Below are positions 51,216 to 61,008 of a DNA stretch of 64,000 bases, piece by piece. How positions within the stretch are numbered: position 1 is the stretch's first letter; each line of letters opens with the position of its first letter. Both the position numbers and the translations under genes were made by a program. This DNA comes from a virus, in IMG/VR virus record IMGVR_UViG_3300045988_166055, positions 79,505 through 143,504 of that record. One strand, 5' to 3'. The notes beneath the pieces were generated by a model. The model was given only the letters and a program-made list of their open reading frames with translations. It made no database searches and was not told the origin of the DNA.

Positions 51216-52793
51216 ATGGCAGTTATCAAAAAAGATAATTCCTACATGGAGTTTCCTCTTCAGATAAGCCGGCAGTACGGTGGTCCTATTGATAGATACT
51301 CAGTATTCTATTCAATGGAAGACGCTACTAAGTATGCTACTACCAGCCCTCTGTCTTATGTAGGTCAGATTATTTCTGTTGTAGACGAAGCTGCTCAAAA
51401 TGCTACAGCTTATCAGATTTCAAATACAGCAGGTGACCTTGTCGAAGTAGGTAAGGGAGCTAATAAGCCGATGCTCTTCGTTGCTGACGAATCTGCTATG
51501 CTTGCCTTGCAAGACATCGAAGTTGGTCAGCAAGTTTATCGTGAGGACAAGAAAACCATTTGGATCTTCAAAGGTGGCGACGCTTCTAAGCTTTCTAACT
51601 GGGTTGAGTCTGCTGCACAAAATGATACAGTTTGGAACGGCACAACCAACAAAGTTGTATTCTACTCACTGACTCAGCAACAGTATGATGCAATTGGTTC
51701 AAAGGATTCAAATACACTATACTTTGTCTCTGATTCTGGTAAGGTTTACAAGGGATCAGCAGACATGACAAAATCAGTAATTGTTACTGATTCTGTTCCT
51801 GCTGTCGCTGATGCTATTCTAGATAAGCTTTACATCGACTCCGCTTCCTTTGAAGCTAAGATTACAGTTGATGGAAGCAATTGGATCATCCTTTCTCCAG
51901 GCTACCTTACAGACGGAGCTAACTGGGCGAGTGCAGATTCTAAGAAATTTGCAACAATTGGCCTGATCAAGAAGGGGATCAGCTCAGCTGTTGAAGCTAT
52001 TTCACTCAATACTACTTTTGATGGTACTTCTGGTACTGTTAAAGTTGGTGAAGGACAAGGAGCTACTCTTACAGGAATTGCCCATGGTATAGCTTACGAC
52101 TCTTCTCTTTTGAAGATCACAATTCCTCAGTACGGCAGTGAAGATCTTGTCATCAATATTCCTAAAGAGAAATTCGTTACTGCTGGTAAGTATTACGAAA
52201 ACTATCCCGAAACAGATCCTACTCATCACAAGGTAATTGTCCTTACAATCGACAATCAGGATGATCCGGTTATCATTCCGGCTGAAGCTCTTGTAAACAT
52301 TTACACTGCTGACAATACTGCAAAGAACCTTGTTGTTACTGTTTCCGATGACAACAAGATTTCTGCTCAGTTAATCATTGATACAGCAAGCGGCAATGCT
52401 TTAAGATACAGCGATGCAGGATTCATGGTTGACATTTCTGGTAAGCTCGACAAGCTGTCAGGAGCTCTGGGTCAGAAACTGCTTATCAGTAATACAGATG
52501 GTACAATCACTGAAAGTGGATATGGAATCCAGACAGAGGGAGATATAACAGATTCTACTTCTGATCTAGCTGCAAACAAAGTTATCTATGACGCACTTGC
52601 TAATAAACTAGATGCTGTTGCAGGAACTGAAAACAACATTGTTGTATTCGGTGCTGGCAAATCAATCAAAGATTCTGCAAAAGCTGTTGGTGGAGACAAA
52701 CTTAAGGCTACAGTTGATGCTAACACAGTTGCTACTGAGGCTGCTGTTAAAGCTGCAATTGACGAAGCTCTTGAGTGGTCGACTATCGGATAA
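51216..52793 (+). CDS. tail fibre protein paralogue 2
   Basis: Carries the internal module YSLTQQQYDAIGSKDSNTLYFVSDSGKVYKG and fibre-like composition. Confidence 0.55.
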   Translation: MAVIKKDNSYMEFPLQISRQYGGPIDRYSVFYSMEDATKYATTSPLSYVGQIISVVDEAAQNATAYQISNTAGDLVEVGKGANKPMLFVADESAMLALQDIEVGQQVYREDKKTIWIFKGGDASKLSNWVESAAQNDTVWNGTTNKVVFYSLTQQQYDAIGSKDSNTLYFVSDSGKVYKGSADMTKSVIVTDSVPAVADAILDKLYIDSASFEAKITVDGSNWIILSPGYLTDGANWASADSKKFATIGLIKKGISSAVEAISLNTTFDGTSGTVKVGEGQGATLTGIAHGIAYDSSLLKITIPQYGSEDLVINIPKEKFVTAGKYYENYPETDPTHHKVIVLTIDNQDDPVIIPAEALVNIYTADNTAKNLVVTVSDDNKISAQLIIDTASGNALRYSDAGFMVDISGKLDKLSGALGQKLLISNTDGTITESGYGIQTEGDITDSTSDLAANKVIYDALANKLDAVAGTENNIVVFGAGKSIKDSAKAVGGDKLKATVDANTVATEAAVKAAIDEALEWSTIG

Positions 52794-52808
52794 AATTTTC
52801 ACTATCAA

Positions 52809-52828
52809 CCCTCCGCTTCGGCGGAGGG
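52809..52828 (+). terminator. UUCG-tetraloop hairpin (attenuator-like, no U-tract)
   Basis: CCCTCCGC-TTCG-GCGGAGGG. Confidence 0.4.
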
Positions 52829-52866
52829 TAGATATACAATTAACTTAAATTTTTAGGAGTGATTTT

Positions 52867-54210
52867 ATGCCCGCAATTAAAGGTGTTGTAGATTTTAAGT
52901 ATGGTCTGCAATCGGCTTATTCACAAGCAGTCAAAGATCTAAATACTCTTTATTTTACTACTGATACTCAGAGACTTTTCGTTGGTGAAACTGAGTACAC
53001 TCGTCCCGTTGGTCATGGTACTTCCCTTCCCGGAGATTTCATGCCGCCAGACTCTCTATTCGTTGTAGAGAATGGTACTGCTCGTTCCCTTTACTACAGT
53101 AAAGACGGTGAATCATGGGATCTTATTTCTCGTCTGCCTGCTTCTATTACTGCTGGTGTAGTAGGTGCTAACGCTGGTGGTCAGCTTGATTTTGGAGCAA
53201 CCATCAAGATTCCTAAGGTAACTTATGATGATAGAGGCAATGTAACTGATGCTGAAGATGTAACTGTTAAGCTGCCTGCTAAGCCTTCAGATATTAAGAA
53301 CACAGTTACTGTTAGTGGCACCGGCAACGCTGTAACGGCTGCTGAATTTGATACAGCTGGTCATGCCCTGACCCTTACAAAGGGTGAGACATTTGCTACA
53401 AAGAAAGAGCTGACAGATGCCATCGGTAAAATCACATCCTTTGAGATTGATTCTAATGGTGGTAATGGATATGCATCACTTGCAGCTCTGAAACAGGCGC
53501 ACGCAACTGGTACTGCTGGCGTATTTTATCTAGTTGTCAATCCAGATTCAACTGATAGTAACGCCTTTGTCGAATACTTCTGGACTGGTACTGCCTATGA
53601 AATGGCTGGCAAGTTCGGAGAAGTTGATCACAGCTCACTTGCTACAAAGAAAGAGCTTACTGACGGCCTTGCTGAGAAGGTTGACAAGACAACTACTGTC
53701 AATGGTCAAGCACTTAGCGGTAATGTTCAAATTGATGACATTACTGGCAATGCTGGCACAGCTACTAAGCTGCAGACAGCTAGAAAAATAAACGGCGTAA
53801 ACTTCGATGGTAGTGAAGATATCACAATTGATGTTGGTCCTAACACTCTTGCCAGTCAGACTGATGTCAATATCGCTACTCCTGCTGATGGTCAGTCTCT
53901 TGTATATGATGCTACTTCAAAGAAGTGGATCAACAAGAAGCTCGCTAAGGCAGATGTTGGTCTTGGTAACGTCAATAACACAGCAGATAGCGAAAAGGTA
54001 GTTAAGTCTGCTGGTGCTCTGACAAATGCTCGTACTATCGCCCTTTCTGGAGATGCTACAGGTTCAGTCAGCTTCGATGGTTCTAAGGATGTAACAATCG
54101 AAGTTACTGGAGTTAAGGCTGCTGCTGATGGTGAAGGTAACAACATTGTTGCTACTTATGCTACTAAGGAAGAAGCAGCTGCTGCTGTTCTGACTTGGCA
54201 GTCAATCTAA
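52867..54210 (+). CDS. tail fibre protein paralogue 3
   Basis: N-terminal FKYGLQSAYSQAVKDLNTLYFTTDTQRLFVG. Repeated (A)TKKELTD segments. Confidence 0.55.
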   Translation: MPAIKGVVDFKYGLQSAYSQAVKDLNTLYFTTDTQRLFVGETEYTRPVGHGTSLPGDFMPPDSLFVVENGTARSLYYSKDGESWDLISRLPASITAGVVGANAGGQLDFGATIKIPKVTYDDRGNVTDAEDVTVKLPAKPSDIKNTVTVSGTGNAVTAAEFDTAGHALTLTKGETFATKKELTDAIGKITSFEIDSNGGNGYASLAALKQAHATGTAGVFYLVVNPDSTDSNAFVEYFWTGTAYEMAGKFGEVDHSSLATKKELTDGLAEKVDKTTTVNGQALSGNVQIDDITGNAGTATKLQTARKINGVNFDGSEDITIDVGPNTLASQTDVNIATPADGQSLVYDATSKKWINKKLAKADVGLGNVNNTADSEKVVKSAGALTNARTIALSGDATGSVSFDGSKDVTIEVTGVKAAADGEGNNIVATYATKEEAAAAVLTWQSI

Positions 54211-54267
54211 CCAACTAAGATATGCGGGGTTAATTGAAATAAGTAAATTAGCTCCGCATTATTTCTA

Positions 54268-54285
54268 GAATCCTTATATAACAAT
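54268..54285 (+). promoter_or_regulatory. class-2-like box (ATCCTTATAT variant)
   Basis: GAATCCTTATATAACAAT. Confidence 0.35.
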
Positions 54286-54290
54286 GAGAG

Positions 54291-54680
54291 GTGATTGTAG
54301 TGGCCAATAAAACGGAAGATGTAATTTTTAGAAGAGGTCCGGCGGCTACAATGCCCCAAGAAAAACACTCCGGAACTCTTCTAGTTGAATCAGACACAGG
54401 TAATGTATTTGTAGATGATTCTGATGAAGTAAGAGTTCAGCTAACTGATACATCAAAAATATCAAGACACGGTGACAAGTTCGACAATGATGTTGAACTT
54501 GATTTCCCTTCAGAAACAGAAGGAAAATCTTCTAAGTTATCAAGTGATAACATAAATTTCAAAAATGGTGAAAACTTTGCTAAATTCGACAGTAACGGAC
54601 TTGATGGTAGCGAACAAGTCATTGATAATATACGAAAAAAGTTAGATGTTCCTGATCATTTCGTTTGGGAATCTATCTAA
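54291..54680 (+). CDS. short fibre-like protein with Mtd_N-like N-terminus
   Basis: VIFRRGPAATMPQEKHSGTLLVESDTGNVFVDD resembles the FRGG......G....DTD.....DG tail-fibre N-terminal module. The likely start is GTG 54300. Confidence 0.45.
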   Translation: MIVVANKTEDVIFRRGPAATMPQEKHSGTLLVESDTGNVFVDDSDEVRVQLTDTSKISRHGDKFDNDVELDFPSETEGKSSKLSSDNINFKNGENFAKFDSNGLDGSEQVIDNIRKKLDVPDHFVWESI

Positions 54681-54707
54681 TCAAAATATGAAAGGATTGA
54701 TTCTTAA

Positions 54708-55223
54708 ATGGATCATGTTATTGATTTAGACATAGTGATTTATATTTGCACGTTGATCGCTTCTATTTCTGGAGCATCTATAGTAATTGGAAAAGCGATA
54801 AAGAAATCAGTCTCATCTGCAGCAAAAGAAATAATAGATGAAAGACTGAAGAAGTCAGATGAAGAGCATAAAAAATCCATAGACGAAATGGAAGACAGAA
54901 TGAACAAGAAAATAAATGCCCTTCAGAATTCTGTAGATACGCAAATATCCGAAATTCGTACGCAGCTTGATGAGCTAACAAAGTCACAAAATGATGTTAA
55001 CAATAAAATGAAATCAGCTCTACTTGCTAGTACACGAGATAGAATAAATCAAGCTCATGACTACTATATGCGAAAAGAGTTCATTGGCACACACTCATTG
55101 TACATAATTGAACAGTTATATGAATCTTACAAGGAGCTTGGAGGTAATAGCTTCATATCTGATCAGATGAAGGATATCCATAGCTTAGAAGTAAGAAGCG
55201 CTGAAATGAGTATTAAAGATTAA
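54708..55223 (+). CDS. membrane-anchored coiled-coil protein (XhlA/BhlA-like architecture)
   Basis: N-terminal transmembrane segment IVIYICTLIASISGASIVIG followed by a heptad-rich region. Confidence 0.35.
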   Translation: MDHVIDLDIVIYICTLIASISGASIVIGKAIKKSVSSAAKEIIDERLKKSDEEHKKSIDEMEDRMNKKINALQNSVDTQISEIRTQLDELTKSQNDVNNKMKSALLASTRDRINQAHDYYMRKEFIGTHSLYIIEQLYESYKELGGNSFISDQMKDIHSLEVRSAEMSIKD

Positions 55224-55246
55224 GTCTTCGAGAGGAGATATTTTAT

Positions 55247-56323
55247 ATGCCAACTGCAAAGAATGAAGTTAAACTAAAATTTGGTACTAAGGCCAAATAT
55301 ACATCCGCTACAAAAAATGCCGATACAGTATATTTCATTACTGACACTAATCAAATTTTTGTAGGCTCATCACTAGTTTCTTCTAAATGCTATTATGTAA
55401 CAGCTTCTCCTGTAGCTTCAAATTACGGAGTTGGAGATGTTGTAGTTTGGAAAATTTCAGAAAACAATGCAAACATATGCGTAGTTAATTCATCTGGAAC
55501 ATTTGACACTTTTTCTATCTCCATTCCAAATGATGAAATAACAGCAAACACAAATGCAAGACATTCGCATACAAATAAAGAAATACTTGATGCTATATCT
55601 GGAACTCCAATACAAGTAGTAGCTCAGACGCTTACAGATGAGCAGAAAACACAAGCACGGACCAATATTGGAGCTCTTGGAACAGTTGTACCTAATCCTA
55701 CCAATGATAACGATGCTGCAAACAAAGCATATGTTGACTCAAAGATAGCATCAGGAGGAGTTACCGTTGACCCTTCACTTTCTGACACATCAACTAATCC
55801 TGTTCAGAATAAAGTTGTGAAAGCTGCAATTGACGGAAAATCTTCAGTAACAATAAAATCCTGGACGGCTGATGATGTGGGGGGGGTTGATGTAACACTT
55901 GCTTCTGGAACTACTTATATCATTGACAGCCAAAGTTTAGAAGCAATTGAACAAAATATAGAAGCACCAGACGGAAAAATTATAATTGAGCTTCCGTCAG
56001 CAATACTGGCTGACAACAATGGTTACAGCATTATACAAGAACCTACAAAGCTCTATTTAGGATACGGTTATGACAATATTGGAAATAAAAAGATATATAT
56101 ATCTAAATTTGATCCAACCAATTTGCTAGGATCCGATATTATTAGTATTGAATTCTCTTTTCCATATATATTGTATTTTTTAAATGATGTTTATGGAGAC
56201 GGTGAAAAAATGTTTTTGTTTGAATCAATTGGTTCTCATTCTGAAATAAATTATGCTCAAGTAAAAATACTTTCAGATGTAACAGTATCAAGTAAGCAAA
56301 AACAAATGCTTTTCGAAGCATAA
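55247..56323 (+). CDS. tail fibre protein paralogue 4
   Basis: N-terminal LKFGTKAKYTSATKNADTVYFITDTNQIFVG. Confidence 0.5.
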   Translation: MPTAKNEVKLKFGTKAKYTSATKNADTVYFITDTNQIFVGSSLVSSKCYYVTASPVASNYGVGDVVVWKISENNANICVVNSSGTFDTFSISIPNDEITANTNARHSHTNKEILDAISGTPIQVVAQTLTDEQKTQARTNIGALGTVVPNPTNDNDAANKAYVDSKIASGGVTVDPSLSDTSTNPVQNKVVKAAIDGKSSVTIKSWTADDVGGVDVTLASGTTYIIDSQSLEAIEQNIEAPDGKIIIELPSAILADNNGYSIIQEPTKLYLGYGYDNIGNKKIYISKFDPTNLLGSDIISIEFSFPYILYFLNDVYGDGEKMFLFESIGSHSEINYAQVKILSDVTVSSKQKQMLFEA

Positions 56324-56334
56324 ATAAAATAAAT

Positions 56335-56363
56335 TCCCGGTGCAGAAATGCACCGGGATTTTT
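56335..56363. terminator. bidirectional rho-independent terminator between convergent genes (GAAA tetraloop)
   Basis: TCCCGGTGCA-GAAA-TGCACCGGGA flanked by an A-run on the 5' side and TTTTT on the 3' side. Confidence 0.8.
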
Positions 56364-56375
56364 ATTTCATAATAT
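56364..56375. repeat. left copy of a 12-bp inverted repeat flanking the minus-strand cassette
   Basis: ATTTCATAATAT. The reverse complement occurs at 58069-58080. Confidence 0.4.
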
Positions 56376-56450
56376 CATCTCTAGCTACTTGTTGAATGAA
56401 TGTTAACCATGAACGTATAGTTAAAGTTAATATTGGTATTATTATCACTT

Positions 56451-57236
56451 TTAGCTTCTATTATTTGTATTTCCTATATTCCAAGAATTATATTTCCATC
56501 CATTATTGTATATGAACGGAATTCCATATAAGAACTTTTTTCCGTTATAAATTCTAGCCGGTTCAATTTGCTTCGTTGAAACATGTGTTTGGCTAGCCGA
56601 AGTTCCTACTCGAAATTCACACTTATTAGTTGTTGCTGTTCCTCCTGTTGAATCATTAACAACACAATAAGCATAGGTATTATCATAGGAACTATGGGAA
56701 AGTGTCCCTGTCAAACTCTTAGAGGTTCCAACAACTGTAGATCCTTTATACCATTTATAGGTATATCCAGTTCCTCCTGATGGGTTACAAGTTAGCGTAA
56801 AGTTATTCCCATCATAACCAGCTATGAATTCTGGAATAGGCTGAACAGATATAACATTTACGCTTGGAGGAGGTGGATCAATCTGAGGAAATGTTATTGT
56901 ACCTGAAACTGAGAGAGAATATGGGGTGTAAGTAGTCTCATTTTCAGAACACCACATAGCAGATACATCAAGAGAAGTAGCAGAGGTATCGTATACTTTT
57001 ACAGTTTTACTTCCAATAGTGTACCAACCAGCGGAGCTAAAATTATATGTCTGATAAGTTTTTTCTCCTTGGATGATATAGTAAGCGCTATGTGTATTTC
57101 CATTGTAAGAGTATCCTGTTGCATCATATACTTTTAAGGTCAAAGTAATTGTAGTAGCTGAAGCTGACTGACTATATGAATATTCAAGCCTTGCGTACCA
57201 ATTTTTTGAGGATTTTGGGCCATCAAAATAACTCAT
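56451..57236 (-). CDS. Ig-like-domain protein, distal partner of the minus-strand fibre
   Basis: LTCNPSGGTGYTYKWYKGSTVVGTSKSLTG...YAYCVVNDSTGG is an Ig-like pattern. Its start lies 11 nt after the stop of the upstream minus-strand gene. Confidence 0.5.
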   Translation of the reverse strand: MSYFDGPKSSKNWYARLEYSYSQSASATTITLTLKVYDATGYSYNGNTHSAYYIIQGEKTYQTYNFSSAGWYTIGSKTVKVYDTSATSLDVSAMWCSENETTYTPYSLSVSGTITFPQIDPPPPSVNVISVQPIPEFIAGYDGNNFTLTCNPSGGTGYTYKWYKGSTVVGTSKSLTGTLSHSSYDNTYAYCVVNDSTGGTATTNKCEFRVGTSASQTHVSTKQIEPARIYNGKKFLYGIPFIYNNGWKYNSWNIGNTNNRS

Positions 57237-57247
57237 TTACTCACCTC

Positions 57248-57949
57248 TTACGCAGTTCTCTTCCAAATATATATACTTAGATAAGGAGGCATATTGTTGT
57301 GGGAATTTCCCCCGCCAGTAGTGCCCGTCAAAGTGTTACGGCTAACATCAAATGCTGCTGTTGAATAGGGATAATATCTTCCGCTTCCGCTTTGCGTTCC
57401 CATGTCGCCTACGGTAAATGCATTCTTTGCATTGGTGATAAAGCCAAAGTATCCTGACTCGTTGGCCGGGTTATGTCCGTGGCTTGGCATCTCCTCTGTC
57501 GTCAGGGTATGACTGGCTTCGCCGCCTTGACTCCCCGCAGGATAACTACTACTCATTCCAAGTAAGAATTTGCCTTGAATCTGCTCCCAAGTTCCTCCAA
57601 AGAGCGTCCCAGGATTTGTACTATTTACATTCATATAAATAGAACCGATTGGATAAACATTATCCAAAACAAAGTTAGTCCCAACTGTCTGGAAAAACAA
57701 CTGATTGATATCTGGGCTACTAGGTAAAGTAGAGCCATAATCGGTACCAGAAGTAAGCTTTATACCCTTTGTAGTAAGGGTACCTGTCATAGTTCCGCCA
57801 GAAAGCTGTAAGTAATTAGCTGAATCATCTTCTTCAACTAAATAAATCTCGTCATCGTTTATCAATCCTTGTGTTTTCATCTTTTCAAAAATTGATTTAG
57901 TAGGGACTTTATTTATGACGAAATTGGTAACATGTTTTTCTGTAGGCAT
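57248..57949 (-). CDS. tail fibre protein with phage tail-collar domain
   Basis: GGEASHTLTTEEMPSHGH and GGGNSHNNMPPYLSIYIWKR are tail-collar (MdpB-like) motifs. The N-terminal module ends DDEIYLVEED. The ATG at 57949-57947 follows GGAGGT. Confidence 0.7.
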   Translation of the reverse strand: MPTEKHVTNFVINKVPTKSIFEKMKTQGLINDDEIYLVEEDDSANYLQLSGGTMTGTLTTKGIKLTSGTDYGSTLPSSPDINQLFFQTVGTNFVLDNVYPIGSIYMNVNSTNPGTLFGGTWEQIQGKFLLGMSSSYPAGSQGGEASHTLTTEEMPSHGHNPANESGYFGFITNAKNAFTVGDMGTQSGSGRYYPYSTAAFDVSRNTLTGTTGGGNSHNNMPPYLSIYIWKRTA

Positions 57950-58068
57950 GAAAATACCTCCAATTTTCATTAAGATTATCAATACTATGTAAGGTAAACC
58001 CTTTAGAGAATGATAATAAGCTTGTTTTCAAATAAAAATCATTGTTCAATTGTGAATAAAATAAATCT

Positions 58069-58080
58069 ATATTATGAAAT
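58069..58080. repeat. right copy of the 12-bp inverted repeat
   Basis: ATATTATGAAAT. Confidence 0.4.
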
Positions 58081-58097
58081 CTAATAGATAGGGTCCA

Positions 58098-58115
58098 GGA
58101 CCTTGTATACATTCA
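58098..58115 (+). promoter_or_regulatory. class-2 promoter-like box
   Basis: GGACCTTGTATACATTCA. Confidence 0.5.
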
Positions 58116-58153
58116 ACATTAAGAATTTTACCTTATTTAGGAGGTTGAAATAA

Positions 58154-59782
58154 ATGCCTAGACAAATTTGGAATGAAGGTCGTGTACAAGGCTATTCTGC
58201 ATATGAAATATATCTAAAACAAGCTCTTTCTGATAATCCCGATTTACAACCTGCTACTGAAAGAGAGTGGTTAGCTTCAAGTATAGCTTGCGGATCTTCT
58301 ATGGTTGTTAAGATCCCAAAAACGAGCAACGATGCTGGATATTTAGACATTTCTCTTCCTGAAAATTCTAAGCTATGCGCAGCAAATGTAATATTTGCTA
58401 ATTTGTTTTTAGGTGATTGCGAATACGATGTTAATAGTTATTTTGCAAAACGAGTAATTAACTATGGATTCTGCATAAGCAACACATTGAACTTTCACCC
58501 TGATACAAACGGAACGCAGATACCTACTACTGACGACGATATATCATTAGAAAGCGTTCTTTCCTATTCCGAGGCGTACAACAAGATAATTGATGGTGTA
58601 GTCATTCAACCAGGTAAATGGAAAGAAACAGGCGACGAAGCAGGGCAATATATGGACCTATCTCCGGATATGTCTAAATCGCCTTTCATAAGAATCTTCT
58701 ATTCTGGAAAGATTGAATCTACTATACAAATAATGCTTACTGGGTTCACGATTAGATCTGTTATTTCAGGAATTTGTGGAATAGACGGAAGCTACAATGC
58801 TACATCCCCTCAAGATGGTACATTCTTGGGCCCAGCTCAGTTTCCTTGGGCAGCTAAAATAATTTTTAGCCAAAGCACTGCAACATCAATCTCTCTAAAT
58901 ATGTCAAATTACATACGACAAATAAAGGGAGAAAATGCTATTTCTAAATTAAGTGGCAAATCATTAGTTGATATGGAAACATGCGACCCAAGTATTTTCT
59001 ATTCATCAAAACAGCCTGATGCAAAAATTTATTTTGATTCTTGCAATCTTGACTCTCCTGACGGAAAAGGAAATATTCTAACAATCCACTCAAAATCAGA
59101 CAAGTATTCTCCTGCAATATACGCAACTAGATATGATCCAGATAAGGAAAAGTCATTATCTCCTTTCAATGTTGTAGGTAAAGGAGCTGTTCAGATGTTT
59201 GATGATTCTACATCTGACGCTGATATGAAAGGATATGAGAAGACATATCCAGGTACATTCGCACTAAGACGAAAGGATGACGGATCTGTTGAAACTCTAA
59301 ATGAAAACAATGATGTTGTACCTGTTGCGAGAATAGATTACAAGGAGCTTTCTTATTCAAATCTATCTCCAAATGACAAAAAAGCAAAGGGAGTAGTTAC
59401 ATCCGTTGGAAACAAAAAATCCTTATCGATTTCTTTATCAGATGATGACACTGATAGCCAACTAACTATAAGTGATGACGGGACAAGCAACGGAAGCATT
59501 GGATCAACATCATTCAATAAGGGAGCAATGAATAAACTTTCTCCAAGTTCTTCAAATATAACACCTGCATACATCCTAGAAGCTACTGCAAATAACAAGT
59601 CAATTGATATTCTAGGCGATAGAATGAAAGCCCTCAAGGCTGGATTAGAAAAAGAAACATCTGCAGGTAATTTAGGATACATTCAGTTACCTAATGGATT
59701 AAGATTATACATTTCAGCTACTAAACCAACTGCAAATGATGTGCCTGTTGGATCTATTGGAATAGGCTGGACAGAGGAGTGA
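58154..59782 (+). CDS. virion/tail-fibre-associated structural protein
   Basis: 542 aa with an AGGAGG RBS, located in the fibre module. No diagnostic motif was recognised. Confidence 0.4.
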   Translation: MPRQIWNEGRVQGYSAYEIYLKQALSDNPDLQPATEREWLASSIACGSSMVVKIPKTSNDAGYLDISLPENSKLCAANVIFANLFLGDCEYDVNSYFAKRVINYGFCISNTLNFHPDTNGTQIPTTDDDISLESVLSYSEAYNKIIDGVVIQPGKWKETGDEAGQYMDLSPDMSKSPFIRIFYSGKIESTIQIMLTGFTIRSVISGICGIDGSYNATSPQDGTFLGPAQFPWAAKIIFSQSTATSISLNMSNYIRQIKGENAISKLSGKSLVDMETCDPSIFYSSKQPDAKIYFDSCNLDSPDGKGNILTIHSKSDKYSPAIYATRYDPDKEKSLSPFNVVGKGAVQMFDDSTSDADMKGYEKTYPGTFALRRKDDGSVETLNENNDVVPVARIDYKELSYSNLSPNDKKAKGVVTSVGNKKSLSISLSDDDTDSQLTISDDGTSNGSIGSTSFNKGAMNKLSPSSSNITPAYILEATANNKSIDILGDRMKALKAGLEKETSAGNLGYIQLPNGLRLYISATKPTANDVPVGSIGIGWTEE

Positions 59783-59786
59783 TACA

Positions 59787-61004
59787 ATGCCTCAGCTAAG
59801 TTATTCGTGGCATCAAGATGAATGGTCTTATAGCGCTGAAGGTGTGCTAAAGAAAATAGGCACATTCACAAACAATACAAGCAAAAAGATAAAAATTTCT
59901 TCAGTTGAATTATACCTTGGAACGCTTAGAGGCTATGTAAACTCTGGAACAGTATTTACAGGTAACGGAGGTTCAATAGATACTTATATCCAACTCGGTG
60001 GCAATGAATCAGATACTAAAACTGTTTCAAACGTGTGCGGAACTGGAGGTAGTGGAGATAACATATGGGCAGATACAAACAGCTGTCAAAAATACACTTT
60101 TACTATTTCCCCAATAACATTATCAGTTGGGTCATCTGCTGATCTATATATAATGACTCCTTCTCTTTCTGAAGGGAGTACCGGAAAAGTTCTTGTTATG
60201 CAGAAGTCTACCGGTAGAGCAAACTATGAAGAAATCCAAGATACATTTACTATAACATACAATGCTAATGGATATGGAACAGCGCCCTCAGCGCAAACTG
60301 GGCAGCTACCATTAAAAGTAAAGTCAGGTCCAACAGGATATGACCCAGATTTGTATCTGTTTAATTATTGGAATACAAAATCAGATGGTACAGGTACAAC
60401 ATATACTGTTGGATCTTCATACAACAATCAATCAAATATTACATTATATGCAATATGGAGTTACGGATCTTGCTATTTAGCGAACGGAGGAATAATTTAT
60501 CAATCACCGGGGCTCCAATACCCAGAAGGAGCTTCGTTTGAAAAAGACATAACATGGTCAACAGCTTACACTAGAAAGGTCTTTATACCTTCAAATGATG
60601 TATGGCAGGTAGACTTCAATCAAGAAGAAACAGGTGAAATTTTTCAATACTGGGCAGATAGCTCAGACGGATCTGGTAATAAGTACTATCCTGGAGATCA
60701 ATATACTATAAGCGGTGGTCATAAGTTTTACGCTATATCAAATTTACCAAATTATACTGTCAAATGGTTTGATGGATATACAGATAAAGTATTAAAAACT
60801 ATGACAGTTAAGCAAGGAACTACAATACCAAAATCTGACTATCCTCCAGAACCTGTTAGACAAGGTTACAAATTTGCTGGATGGTACGGAGATACAACAA
60901 ATATTAGAGGAAATTTGAATGTTATCGCTATGTGGGGAGATTCGCCTGTTTGGATAATGACAACAGATGGATGGAAGAAATACATCCCAAAGGAGAATAA
61001 GTGA
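59787..61004 (+). CDS. adhesin-like protein with Listeria-Bacteroides (Flg_new) repeats
   Basis: FTITYNANGYGTAPS...YLFNYWNTKSDGTGTTYTVGSSY...ITLYAIW and YTVKWFDG...VRQGYKFAGWYGDTTNIRGNLNVIAMW. Confidence 0.55.
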   Translation: MPQLSYSWHQDEWSYSAEGVLKKIGTFTNNTSKKIKISSVELYLGTLRGYVNSGTVFTGNGGSIDTYIQLGGNESDTKTVSNVCGTGGSGDNIWADTNSCQKYTFTISPITLSVGSSADLYIMTPSLSEGSTGKVLVMQKSTGRANYEEIQDTFTITYNANGYGTAPSAQTGQLPLKVKSGPTGYDPDLYLFNYWNTKSDGTGTTYTVGSSYNNQSNITLYAIWSYGSCYLANGGIIYQSPGLQYPEGASFEKDITWSTAYTRKVFIPSNDVWQVDFNQEETGEIFQYWADSSDGSGNKYYPGDQYTISGGHKFYAISNLPNYTVKWFDGYTDKVLKTMTVKQGTTIPKSDYPPEPVRQGYKFAGWYGDTTNIRGNLNVIAMWGDSPVWIMTTDGWKKYIPKENK

Positions 61005-61008
61005 TTTT

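Noticed and set aside
49691-57949. Diversity-generating retroelement (the fibre N-termini resemble Mtd)
   Set aside because: The window contains no reverse transcriptase gene, and I could not find a template/variable repeat pair near the 3' ends of the fibre genes. A DGR elsewhere in the genome is not excluded.
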